From Nanobdellota archaeon (GTDB lineage Archaea > Nanobdellota > Nanobdellia > Parvarchaeales > Parvarchaeaceae): 62,658 nucleotides of DNA. The notes under the pieces are model-generated. The model did no database searches and was not told the DNA's origin. It was given only the letters and a program-made list of their open reading frames with translations. The stretch is from positions 1 through 62,658 of the forward strand of contig JAJZIX010000004.1 of NCBI GenBank assembly GCA_021810345.1, written 5' to 3'. Position 1 is the stretch's first letter, and each line of letters begins with the position of its first letter. The translations under genes and the position numbers were made by a program. This document shows, piece after piece, positions 45,089 to 53,889 of this stretch.

Positions 45089-46948
45089 TCAGCGCCTTCT
45101 CTTACCCTTAGATTTTGAGGTTTTCTGGTTAAGCTTTATCTTGCCCCTCCTGACAAGACTAAACAGCCTATATTCGTAGAAGAAACCGCCGACTGCTATC
45201 CCCACCGCAAGGCCAAGAACTATGTAGGCAGCTATCTCGTAATACGACAGTGTGGAAGGATGCACTGATATAGGCTGGAGCGAGGGAGTATAAGGTATCG
45301 GCTTCGCGCTCGAAACGGCCACTCCAAGGCCTGTGAACAGCCTGGCCTCCGATTCAAATGTAAGGTAGTGGTAAACCGAGGTATTCTCAAAGGTCTCCCC
45401 GTATGTGTAGTAGCTTATCCCAAGGAACGGTGTGATGCCCGACGCTTCTGCTGAGTTTATGGACCTTAGGGCTGACAGCCCAACCTGGTTCAAAACGTCC
45501 TGGGCGGTCGAGTTGCTTATCGCGCTGTTCTCCTCTATCACCATATCAGCGGTGCTCATTGCTTCTATAGAGGCAAATATAGACGGAATGTAGTTCCCCT
45601 GGCTGAACCTTGCCTGAGACTCATTCAGGTAAAATTGTATTTCACTGAGCTGGGAAGGCGAATTAACTCCAAGCAGAGACGCGTAATAGCTGTACGATGC
45701 GGCCTTGTAAAGGTAGTAATCGCTCAGGTTCTCATATGTTGACTGCGAGAAATTGGACTGGCCCATCGGTAGTATCGACACCCAAAAGTAAGCTGTATGC
45801 CTCTTTACCGTCGCTACACTGTAATTGAAGAGAGCGCCGTAGAGATTGCCAGATGCAAGGGAGGAATTCGCAGACGCGAGGTAGTCCTGCGCTTGCTGCA
45901 GCCTGTCAAGTGCTATAAACTTGAGAATCAATGTTGATGAGTTCGTTATGTAATTAGAGCTTATATTGGCCACTGTTGCAGAAACAAGGGAGCTCTCCCT
46001 GGATATGAGCGACTGCATATAAGCCGTAGAATTCGACTGCGTGGCAAGGTTCTCCAGTGTCTTCGCCTCCAGCAGATAAGCCGAGGTGGTTATCATTTGG
46101 CTTGCGGCGGTGTAGTAGCCCCCACTTGCCGCCTCAGACTGCTCCTGGCTCATCTGGGATGAAGCCGTATTTATCAGAGACTGTATGTTGCTGTTTGAGC
46201 TGTTCTTCTGCGGCAATGACGAGTAGAGGCCATTTTGGTAGGCATTGAATCCCTCGTAGGTGCCCTTCATGAGCGAATTATAAAGAGGGGTGACTATGCT
46301 GTAGTTCACCGCAGGAGTTATATTGTATCCCGTGAAATAGTCATACGCCTGATAAACAGAGCTTATGGGGACCGGCACCATACCATGGTTCTCATCGTAT
46401 GACATCGCAGCGGATGAGATATTGTCGGATGAAGGATAAAGGAATATTTTTATGCCCATATTCGCTGCGGCCTCGCTCTTCTCTGATACGTCTCCGACTA
46501 TACCCATGCTTCCATCTGGGTTAGCCGTGCCGGTCATCGCGATGTTTTTGTGCAGCGGCTTGCCGCTTAATATAGACATTGCTGTTATCGCGAAAGCTGC
46601 GCCCGCGCTAGGACCTCCTACTTCGGCTGATGATGAAGTTATGTAATAGTAGAAATTGTAATTGGCGCAGTTGATGTTGAGAAGATTGCATGCTACATCC
46701 ACAGAGACCACGGCCTGCGCCTGCGTGTCTATCTGGGTAAGCGGAGTTGATCCAAGGAAGACCTGTCCAGTCCCGTTTGTCACGGTCAGGTTCAGCAGCG
46801 CCGGCACGCCCACGGTTGTGCCGTTTACAGTGGTAACGCCGAATATGTACACTCCTGCGCTACCGACGGTCTGCGCGTTTGCCCTGCCCAATGCAAACAG
46901 AAACACTAAACCGAATAACAGTACAAATATGTATTTTGTCTTGATCAT
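45089..46948 (-). CDS. Exported, C-terminally anchored protein with Lon-protease (S16) proteolytic domain
   Basis: 619 aa. Sec-type signal (...ALGRANA/QT). VGGPSAGAAFAITAMSIL.GK......AMTG...PDGSMGIVGDVSEKSEAA carries the Ser-Lys dyad contexts. Helical region of about 380 aa, then TM helix IAAYIVLGLAVGIAVGGFF and a basic tail. Confidence 0.75.
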   Translation of the reverse strand: MIKTKYIFVLLFGLVFLFALGRANAQTVGSAGVYIFGVTTVNGTTVGVPALLNLTVTNGTGQVFLGSTPLTQIDTQAQAVVSVDVACNLLNINCANYNFYYYITSSSAEVGGPSAGAAFAITAMSILSGKPLHKNIAMTGTANPDGSMGIVGDVSEKSEAAANMGIKIFLYPSSDNISSAAMSYDENHGMVPVPISSVYQAYDYFTGYNITPAVNYSIVTPLYNSLMKGTYEGFNAYQNGLYSSLPQKNSSNSNIQSLINTASSQMSQEQSEAASGGYYTAASQMITTSAYLLEAKTLENLATQSNSTAYMQSLISRESSLVSATVANISSNYITNSSTLILKFIALDRLQQAQDYLASANSSLASGNLYGALFNYSVATVKRHTAYFWVSILPMGQSNFSQSTYENLSDYYLYKAASYSYYASLLGVNSPSQLSEIQFYLNESQARFSQGNYIPSIFASIEAMSTADMVIEENSAISNSTAQDVLNQVGLSALRSINSAEASGITPFLGISYYTYGETFENTSVYHYLTFESEARLFTGLGVAVSSAKPIPYTPSLQPISVHPSTLSYYEIAAYIVLGLAVGIAVGGFFYEYRLFSLVRRGKIKLNQKTSKSKGKRRR

Positions 46949-46984
46949 ATTATAGGCTAAGTAAAGGTTAATTTATATACTTTA

Positions 46985-47263
46985 CTAAGCGGAGTCAAAG
47001 CCGGTTGACTCCAGCTTCGATTTAAGGCTTGTCAATGCGTCTATCAGCAGGGGAAGCTCATCGAAATTCACGGTGAGGCTGGTCTTTATCCTCTCCTGCT
47101 GCTTCCCGTCTACGTCGGCCATATAACCCTTCTTTATGCTTATGAATTTTATCTCCTTGTCCCCTTCCTTTCCCTCTGTAAGATTTATCTTTATAAAATT
47201 CTTAGAGCCTTCTCTGGTTATTTTCTCCGCTGGCTCCGGCAGATCCTTAAATTCCATTACCAA
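46985..47263 (-). CDS. Small protein, possibly PC4/YdbC-like ssDNA-binding fold
   Basis: 92 aa. KFISIKKGYMADVDGKQQERIKTSLTV is reminiscent of PC4-type beta sheets. Weak call. Confidence 0.35.
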   Translation of the reverse strand: MVMEFKDLPEPAEKITREGSKNFIKINLTEGKEGDKEIKFISIKKGYMADVDGKQQERIKTSLTVNFDELPLLIDALTSLKSKLESTGFDSA

Positions 47264-47290
47264 TTATGCTTTTTTGCGCTTATATATTTT

Positions 47291-48112
47291 TTACTTGACG
47301 AGCTTCTTGGCCCTCTCTATGTCCTGCTTTGTTTTTATGCGCAGCCAAAACCCATTGTAAGTATAACCATAAAGATTCCCCTCCTTCGCCATCAGAGGCA
47401 GCATGTCCTGCCTTATGTCCCACTCCATATCCCCAGGAGGTATATACTTATAGACCTCTCTCTCAAACACGAGCAGGGTCGTTGGGACGAGCTTTGACAG
47501 GAACGGGGATTTAAGCCTCTCATACGAGAAGACTTTGTTGCCCTTCAAAACCAGCTTGTCGGTTACCAGTTCGGGCGATGAGCCAGAAACGGATATCGCT
47601 ATCGAGGCCTGGCTGTTGTTCGACACGTGGTATTTTATCATATCTTTAAGGTCTATGTCGAATATTGCATCGCCAGGCAGGAAAAGCGTCGTGGACCCGA
47701 CGTATTTGCTCACTCTCTCCAGCGCCTTTGCGCTTCCTTTGAGGTTGTTATCATCCAAGTACTTCACGTCTATGCCGTATCCTTCTCCATTCTTTATTAC
47801 CGGAAAGATCCTCTTCAGGAGGTCTGTCCTGCCCGATATGAATACATTCCTGAAATTATTGGCCCGCAGATTTGATATTGTCCGCTCTATTAAAGTCAAG
47901 TCTCCGAGCTTTACGAGCGGCCTGTAGGTGTCAGTGCCCTGGATGGTAAAATCTCCGCCGCATAGGATTATCGCGGTGTGCTGCCTCTCGAAGAATTTCC
48001 TCAGGATATCCTCAACGGCCTCACTTTTTGACTTGTAGTATATATTGTCCACGATTGAATCGAGCCTGGCAAGCACATCCGATTCTATCGTAAAGGAAGC
48101 CCGTGACTTCAT
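47291..48112 (-). CDS. Ribbon-helix-helix domain fused to a sugar-nucleotidyltransferase-like domain
   Basis: 273 aa. N-terminal RHH-like FTIESDVLARLDSIV...KSKSEAVEDILRKFF. Then ILCGG...RPLVKLGD.TLIERTI..L and LPGDAIFD, typical of the GlmU/RmlA-fold N domain. The G-x-G-T-R-L loop is atypical. Confidence 0.65.
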   Translation of the reverse strand: MKSRASFTIESDVLARLDSIVDNIYYKSKSEAVEDILRKFFERQHTAIILCGGDFTIQGTDTYRPLVKLGDLTLIERTISNLRANNFRNVFISGRTDLLKRIFPVIKNGEGYGIDVKYLDDNNLKGSAKALERVSKYVGSTTLFLPGDAIFDIDLKDMIKYHVSNNSQASIAISVSGSSPELVTDKLVLKGNKVFSYERLKSPFLSKLVPTTLLVFEREVYKYIPPGDMEWDIRQDMLPLMAKEGNLYGYTYNGFWLRIKTKQDIERAKKLVK

Positions 48113-48259
48113 AATATTGCTATGAATATCCAGCTATTTAAATTTAAAAGCCACATGCGGCTCAAAAACGTCCACTACGTGCCATGGGCGAAAAATGAAA
48201 ATATTTAAATAGGGTAAGCATCATTAATCTATAATAATAGAAGTTCTAAATGATTAATT

Positions 48260-48880
48260 ATGGAACAGATAAAAACAGGCACCACGACATTGGGGTTGGT
48301 TTACAAGGATGGCATAATTTTAGCAGCCGATAGAAGGGCCACAGCAGGGCACATGGTCGCGAACAAAAACGCCGAGAAGGTCATGCCAATAAGCGACAGG
48401 ATAGGCATAACTACCGCCGGGATGGTCGCAGACTTGCAGGCGCTTACAAGGATTATGAGATCAGAAATATCGCTGCACGGGATAAGATCCGGCGAGAAGA
48501 TGACAACAAAAGCAGCGGTCGGACTGCTTTCGACGATCCTTTTCAACAAAAGACTCTCAATGAACATACTCTACGGGGAGTTCATAGTCGGCGGCTACGA
48601 TGTTAAGCCTGAGCTGTATTCACTCGATGAAGCAGGCGGGCAGGGAACTGATCAGTACACGGTAACCGGAAGCGGCGGCGTCTTCGCACTTGGAGTCCTT
48701 GAAGCGGATTACAAGCCTGGGATGAGTGAGGAAGAGGCGATCAAGTTGGCATACAAGGCTATAAGCTCGTCTCTAAGAAGGGATGTTTACACGGGCGAAG
48801 GCATAGACATAGCGGTCATAAACAAAAAAGGATTCAAGAAACTCACAGACGAAGAGATAAACAAAACAGTGAATAAATGA
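48260..48880 (+). CDS. psmB: Proteasome beta subunit
   Basis: 206 aa. Short propeptide MEQIKTG followed by the catalytic TTTLGLVYKDGIILAADRRAT. GSGG motif present. Confidence 0.93.
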   Translation: MEQIKTGTTTLGLVYKDGIILAADRRATAGHMVANKNAEKVMPISDRIGITTAGMVADLQALTRIMRSEISLHGIRSGEKMTTKAAVGLLSTILFNKRLSMNILYGEFIVGGYDVKPELYSLDEAGGQGTDQYTVTGSGGVFALGVLEADYKPGMSEEEAIKLAYKAISSSLRRDVYTGEGIDIAVINKKGFKKLTDEEINKTVNK

Positions 48881-48910
48881 GCCTTGGCTTGACAGCCGGT
48901 TGAGAGACTT

Positions 48911-50800
48911 GTGGACATAAAAAAAGACATATCTGATTTTATAGGAGACCCGTCAGTCATAGAGGACATAAACTTCGAAGTATCGAACGCTATAATCTAC
49001 ACAAAAAGCAAGAAATTCTTCCTCGAGTCGTCAGAATTGATAAAAGAGCTTGTGAGAAAGGAGAAAAAAAGGATAGAGGTAAGGCTTGACCCCGACCTGC
49101 TGATGGACGAGAAGGAAGCCGAGAAAGCCATCAAAAAGATCGCGCCTGAGGAGTCGGAGATCAAGGAAATATGGTTTGACAGGGATCGGAGCCTCGTTTC
49201 GATAGAGGCAATAAGGCCCGAGGTCCTCAACTCTGACAACAAAAAGCCAATAAATGAGATAAGAGAGGCAACAGGCTGGTCAGTTACCCTATCTAGGTAC
49301 CCATTGATAAAATCAGACATAGTCAAGGCAGTAAGGTCAATGCTTTATGAAAACTCCAAGTTCAGGAGGAAGCTCCTGAATTCCATAGGCGAGAAGATAT
49401 ACGGCGCAAAGTTCGAGGTTGATGACAAGTACTGGGTAAGGATGAGCGCACTGGGCGCATTCAGGCAGGTCGGCAGGTCCGCTGTCCTGGTGCAGACTCC
49501 TGTAAGCACTGTGCTACTCGATGCGGGGATTGACGTGAGCAACTCAAAGGAGCCAGTCCCAAGGATAGACGCGCCGGAGTTTGACATATCAAAGCTGGAT
49601 GCGGTCGTGATAACCCACAGCCACCTTGATCACTGCGGCTTTCTGCCCGTGCTTTACAAGTACGGATACAAAGGCCCGGTTTACTCTACTGCACCCACAA
49701 GGGATGTCATGACGCTTCTCCATCTGGATTATATCTCGCTCGCTAGCAGGACGAACTCAAAGCTGATGTTTGATATAGATGATGTGAAGACCATGCTGAA
49801 ATACTCCATAACCATACCTTTCCATGAGGTCACCGACATAACACCGGATATGAGGGTTACTTTCCACAACGCAGGGCATATACTGGGATCCGCCATGATA
49901 CATCTAAACATAGGCAACGGCTTCCACAACCTGCTTTACACCGGCGACTTCAAATACGCCAACTCCAAGACGCTGGACAAGGCGGAAAACATGTTCGACA
50001 GGGTCGAGACCCTCATAATGGAGAGCACATACGGGGGGGATTCGGACCAGCAGCCTAGCCGCAAAGAGACCGAGGAGTTCTTCCTGGATATAGTCAAGAA
50101 GACGCTCGATAAGGGCGGAAAAGTGCTTGTGCCTGTTCTCGGCGTCGGAAGAGCGCAGGAGCTCATGCTTCTGATAGAAGAATGGCAGCGCTACGGGATA
50201 CTGCCGGACATACCAGTAGTGGTGGACGGAATGCTTTGGGACGTCACGGCAATATACACCGTCTATCCCGAATTCATGAACATCGACACGAAGAAGAGGA
50301 TAATAGACTATAACAACAATCCTTTCCTGTCCCCGGGCTTCAAGCACACTGTCAGCGAAGAAGAGCGGCAGCAGATACTTTCCGGTGGCCCGGCGGTTAT
50401 ACTTGCTACATCTGGAATGCTCAATGGCGGGCCTGCTGTAACATATTTCGCGAACATGTGCGAGGACAGCAAGAACGCGGTCATACTCGTTTCATACCAG
50501 GGCAACGGAACCCTGGGCAGGACGCTCCAGAACGGCGGAAGGGAAATAGACATAGAGCTCAATGGCAAGCTGAAGCACTTCACAGTGAGCTGCCCCATAT
50601 ATTCAATAGAAGGGCTTTCAGGCCACTCCGACAGGACCCAGCTTGAAAGGTATGTAAACGACATAAGGCCGAGACCTAAGAGGATAGTGATAGGCCACGG
50701 CGAGGAGAGCAAAACTCTGGAGCTCAGCAGGTTCCTTAGAAAAAGATTCCATACGGACACCGTTGTGCCTCATGTCCTGGATGCGGTCAGGCTTAAATGA
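48911..50800 (+). CDS. aCPSF1: KH domains plus metallo-beta-lactamase/beta-CASP ribonuclease
   Basis: 629 aa, GTG start. N-terminal KH repeats, HSHLDHCG, beta-CASP region, GHSD near the C-terminus. Confidence 0.92.
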   Translation: MDIKKDISDFIGDPSVIEDINFEVSNAIIYTKSKKFFLESSELIKELVRKEKKRIEVRLDPDLLMDEKEAEKAIKKIAPEESEIKEIWFDRDRSLVSIEAIRPEVLNSDNKKPINEIREATGWSVTLSRYPLIKSDIVKAVRSMLYENSKFRRKLLNSIGEKIYGAKFEVDDKYWVRMSALGAFRQVGRSAVLVQTPVSTVLLDAGIDVSNSKEPVPRIDAPEFDISKLDAVVITHSHLDHCGFLPVLYKYGYKGPVYSTAPTRDVMTLLHLDYISLASRTNSKLMFDIDDVKTMLKYSITIPFHEVTDITPDMRVTFHNAGHILGSAMIHLNIGNGFHNLLYTGDFKYANSKTLDKAENMFDRVETLIMESTYGGDSDQQPSRKETEEFFLDIVKKTLDKGGKVLVPVLGVGRAQELMLLIEEWQRYGILPDIPVVVDGMLWDVTAIYTVYPEFMNIDTKKRIIDYNNNPFLSPGFKHTVSEEERQQILSGGPAVILATSGMLNGGPAVTYFANMCEDSKNAVILVSYQGNGTLGRTLQNGGREIDIELNGKLKHFTVSCPIYSIEGLSGHSDRTQLERYVNDIRPRPKRIVIGHGEESKTLELSRFLRKRFHTDTVVPHVLDAVRLK

Positions 50801-50848
50801 ATTATTTGTCCTGAAAAAGTTTTTATACTGCAATCTGCATCAAGTCTA

Positions 50849-51442
50849 ATGATAAAGAACACACTGGTCATAGGATTGACATCCCTGCCGAGTGGAGGAA
50901 AAGACTACACCGCCAATATATTGTCAAGGAAATACGGCTTCTACAAGGTCTCACCTGGAGAAATTCTAAGAAGCAAGATGAAGGCTGCCGGGATAAAGTC
51001 ATACGACAGGAAAGCCCAGGAAAAACTACAGAACCAGCTCAGAAAGAAATACGGCAAATACTACATCATGGAGCTGTGCTACAGAAGGATATTGAGGTCC
51101 AAAAGAAGGAGGATCGTGATACCGGGCATAAGGTTCCCATTCGACATAACCTTTTACAAGAAAAGGTTCGACGGCAATTTCATCAACATAGCAATAGACG
51201 CCCCCGCCAGAATCAGATACGAGCGGGAAGTAAAGAGGAACCGCGAGGACGCGCCGAAAACCTATGCACAATTCATAAGGAACGACGCTGCAGAGAGAAA
51301 AACATTCAACCTGGAAAAGACAATGAAGCTGTCAGACTTCAAGGTAAGGAACCATATAAACGACTCAAAATACTTCGAAAGAGACATAGAGAAAGTGATA
51401 TCTCACTTCCTGCTCAAAAACGCGTCCTCAATGTCCAAATAG
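50849..51442 (+). CDS. UPF0200-like P-loop nucleotide kinase with atypical Walker A
   Basis: 197 aa. GLTSLPSGGKDY where relatives have G.PGSGKS. IPGIRFPFDITFYKKRF...IAIDAP..IRYERE.KRNREDAPKTYAQFIRND matches the layout of archaeal UPF0200/dNMP-kinase-like proteins. Confidence 0.5.
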   Translation: MIKNTLVIGLTSLPSGGKDYTANILSRKYGFYKVSPGEILRSKMKAAGIKSYDRKAQEKLQNQLRKKYGKYYIMELCYRRILRSKRRRIVIPGIRFPFDITFYKKRFDGNFINIAIDAPARIRYEREVKRNREDAPKTYAQFIRNDAAERKTFNLEKTMKLSDFKVRNHINDSKYFERDIEKVISHFLLKNASSMSK

Positions 51443-52083
51443 TGCTTCTGGCCTTCGCTGACTATCCTGTACCTGCCAATCGTTATGCGGCTGCTGAAAT
51501 TTGGGCCGTCCAGTACCGCCGTCTCCGCCTCGCCCCCCTCGAAACCCATGTGAAAGCGATATTCTTTACTGAGCTGCTCCAGCCTGTCCAGATTGTCGCT
51601 GTCCAGCTCCTTATTTAGCCACTCTTTTCCCAGCCCATCCGCGGAGACTGAGACTATTACGGCCTTGAAACCATCGGATATGAAATCCCGCAGGTATTTT
51701 CCGACATCAACATGCCAAAGAGGGGTCATGGACTCCAGGCCTGCTTCCTGCAGTATTTTCGAGATCCTGCTGCGCTGGTATTCGCTTGCTATCGCCCCGC
51801 TAACAACACCTTCGAGCTTGTATTTATCCCTCATCTGGATTATGAAGGACTTAAGATCATCAAGCTCCCTTTCTTTTTCCCCTTCCGTGGCAAACCTCTC
51901 CAACGGCAGGCCCATGGCCTCGGCCTGTAGCCCAAGCAGCCTCGACCCGACGGTATGGAACATGTAGGAATCCTTGTTCCTGGATTCTGCATTCATAAGA
52001 CACACCGGCAGGTTTGCTTTTGAAGCCAGGTATAGCGAGTAAGTTGAATCCTTTCCACCGGTAAAAAGAGCGCCTATTCTCAT
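51403..52083 (-). CDS. dph6: Diphthine--ammonia ligase (Dph6; PP-loop, MJ0570 family)
   Basis: 226 aa. ALFTGGKDSTYSLY PP-loop and GAIASEYQRSRI. Confidence 0.8.
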   Translation of the reverse strand: MRIGALFTGGKDSTYSLYLASKANLPVCLMNAESRNKDSYMFHTVGSRLLGLQAEAMGLPLERFATEGEKERELDDLKSFIIQMRDKYKLEGVVSGAIASEYQRSRISKILQEAGLESMTPLWHVDVGKYLRDFISDGFKAVIVSVSADGLGKEWLNKELDSDNLDRLEQLSKEYRFHMGFEGGEAETAVLDGPNFSSRITIGRYRIVSEGQKHYLDIEDAFLSRK

Positions 52084-52142
52084 GCTGTTATAACAAAAGC
52101 TGTGGATTTAAATTATTAATTCCCCGGATAACATAAACTAGC

Positions 52143-52709
52143 ATGGAGAACTTCATGCTGAACGATGAAAAGGCAACTATATCAATAAAGCCGTCCATAC
52201 TCGGCGAGCACAGCTTCTGGGTAGGAGTGATGCTGCTGATCATTTCTATTGTGATATTCGCGCTGATGGGGATTTTTATTCCATCATACGATATTTCCTT
52301 TGCCGGGGTGTTCGCCCTTGTAGGTATGGGCGCGCCGCTGCTGATTGGCCCGCTGCCGCTTATACCCTCGATTCTTGAGATCGTTGCGCTTCTGTACATA
52401 CTATACGCCGAATTCACGGTCTACTTCAAGCATTATATGGTCACAAACTACCGCGTCATACTCCGCAGGGGGATAATAGCCAAGGACACCAACATAATAC
52501 TCCCCGCCAAGATAAGCGATGTTTCGGTTGACATCAGCATCCTGGACAGAATGCTGAAGCTCGGCAAGATACTTATAAGGCCTGAAGAAGCATCCAGGCC
52601 CGTCATAACACTGTACGGGGTGAGAGACCCGTACAAATTCCAGGACGCGATCCTGAAGCTAGTCGACCAGAAAACCTACCAGAAACCTGATGGAACAGTC
52701 CAATCTTGA
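52143..52709 (+). CDS. Membrane protein with bacterial-type PH domain (YdbS/YdbT-like)
   Basis: 188 aa. Two or three TM helices, then YMVTNYRVILRRGIIAKDTNIILPAKISDVSV......LKLGKILI. Confidence 0.65.
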   Translation: MENFMLNDEKATISIKPSILGEHSFWVGVMLLIISIVIFALMGIFIPSYDISFAGVFALVGMGAPLLIGPLPLIPSILEIVALLYILYAEFTVYFKHYMVTNYRVILRRGIIAKDTNIILPAKISDVSVDISILDRMLKLGKILIRPEEASRPVITLYGVRDPYKFQDAILKLVDQKTYQKPDGTVQS

Positions 52710-53292
52710 AAGCGCTGCGGGGTTCTTCATGTCGTCGATAGCGACGCTTAGCATAGGGGTAATGCTATTGGAGATGATAAGGTCAACGCTGATTTCTCTG
52801 TTCCCTTTCTCATTTATACTCGTGTTTTTCCTTGCCGGGCTTGCGCTCAGGGGTCTGGCATCGAGAAGGATCTACGCTGACAGCAAAGAACTGTGGTACC
52901 TGCTTTCCTTCATCCTGGTACCGATGTTGGGGGTTGTTCTGCTCATACTGTTCTTCGTTTTCGCTTCTCAGCAGCTCATTCTCTTCTCCCCGAGCCATTA
53001 CTCTGGGATTTCGTTGCTGACGTACATGGCGGCAGTCTGGACTGTCTACTCCCTGATAGAATTCAAAAATCTCCCTGCTTCCTTCAGAGGGATCTTCAAG
53101 AAGCTTGTGAGCGTACAGCCAGTGGCGATAGCCTTTATGGATGTTTCACTGGTTTGGCTGGGGGGCCTTTCCAATTATATCCTGCCGCTGGCTTTTTTCC
53201 TTCTTGCAGCGGCGACTGCGGTGATTGGACTATCATTTCTTAAAGCCGAAGAGACCAGAAGCACCGCCAAAGAAAGCAAGCTTGTACAGTAG
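52690..53292 (+). CDS. Polytopic membrane protein, unknown function
   Basis: 200 aa, about 6 hydrophobic helices. 20-nt overlap with the preceding gene. Confidence 0.5.
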   Translation: MEQSNLESAAGFFMSSIATLSIGVMLLEMIRSTLISLFPFSFILVFFLAGLALRGLASRRIYADSKELWYLLSFILVPMLGVVLLILFFVFASQQLILFSPSHYSGISLLTYMAAVWTVYSLIEFKNLPASFRGIFKKLVSVQPVAIAFMDVSLVWLGGLSNYILPLAFFLLAAATAVIGLSFLKAEETRSTAKESKLVQ

Positions 53293-53446
53293 CATAGAAA
53301 AAGCACTAAAGACTATGCGGCGTGTGACCGCGTGCCCAGATTCTCGGTAATTGTCTTCCTTATTTATGTTTGCCTTTTTTTAACGTTCGCTTTCATCCCA
53401 CAATTCAAATCGTGGGCTTTCCCACCCACACTTTATAAATGCCTAA

Positions 53447-53531
53447 TGCAGAAGGAGGGATTTGAACCCTCGAAGGCCTAAGCCACTGGCCCCTGAAGCC
53501 AGCACGTTTAACCGAGCTTCGCTACCTCTGC
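53447..53531 (-). tRNA. tRNA-Leu (anticodon CAG), class II with long variable arm
   Basis: Reverse complement GCAGAGG...CTTCTGC plus A. Anticodon stem CTGGC/GCCAG with loop TTCAGGG. Variable arm about 14 nt. T-arm GAGGG-TTCAAAT-CCCTC. Confidence 0.88.
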
Positions 53532-53889
53532 TTTGACACTGTATATTCAACAATTATCAAATAAAAAGCGATCGCTTACTCATTTTTTGGCTCAAAAAAA
53601 AGTACAAACATATTTAAGTGAGCAGTGCATCTAATCAGCATGGCAAAAAAATCATCTAAGAAAAAGAAGAGGAAGTAATTGGCCCAAATCGGAATCAAAA
53701 ATTCCGATTCGCTTAATACTTCTTCTGCCGGGGCCCCAAAAAGCCAGCCGGCAACCAGCATAGTTTGAGATTCTTTTTTATTTTTTCTCTTTTTTGATTA
53801 AAAAAAGTTTCCATTTAAAAGAGGCCTCGATAAGATAAGGTATAAATACAATAAACTTTAAGCTCTACAATAAAGAGGCTTGAAATAAC

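Noticed and set aside
53397-53416. T-arm-like element CCCAC-AATTCAAATC-GTGGG suggesting a tRNA or split-tRNA half
   Set aside because: The loop is 10 nt rather than 7. No complementary acceptor 5' strand, D-arm or anticodon arm can be folded from the flanks on either strand.
53640-53678. 12-codon Lys-rich mini-ORF (MAKKSSKKKKRK) that could be mistaken for L41e
   Set aside because: It is about half the length I recall for L41e (about 25 aa) and has no SD. More likely chance in an A-rich spacer.
53576-53761. 61-aa minus-strand ORF in the tRNA-Leu/EF-2 spacer
   Set aside because: Phe/Leu-rich translation of AT-rich DNA with no SD or promoter context. The region is treated as a candidate ncRNA or spacer instead.
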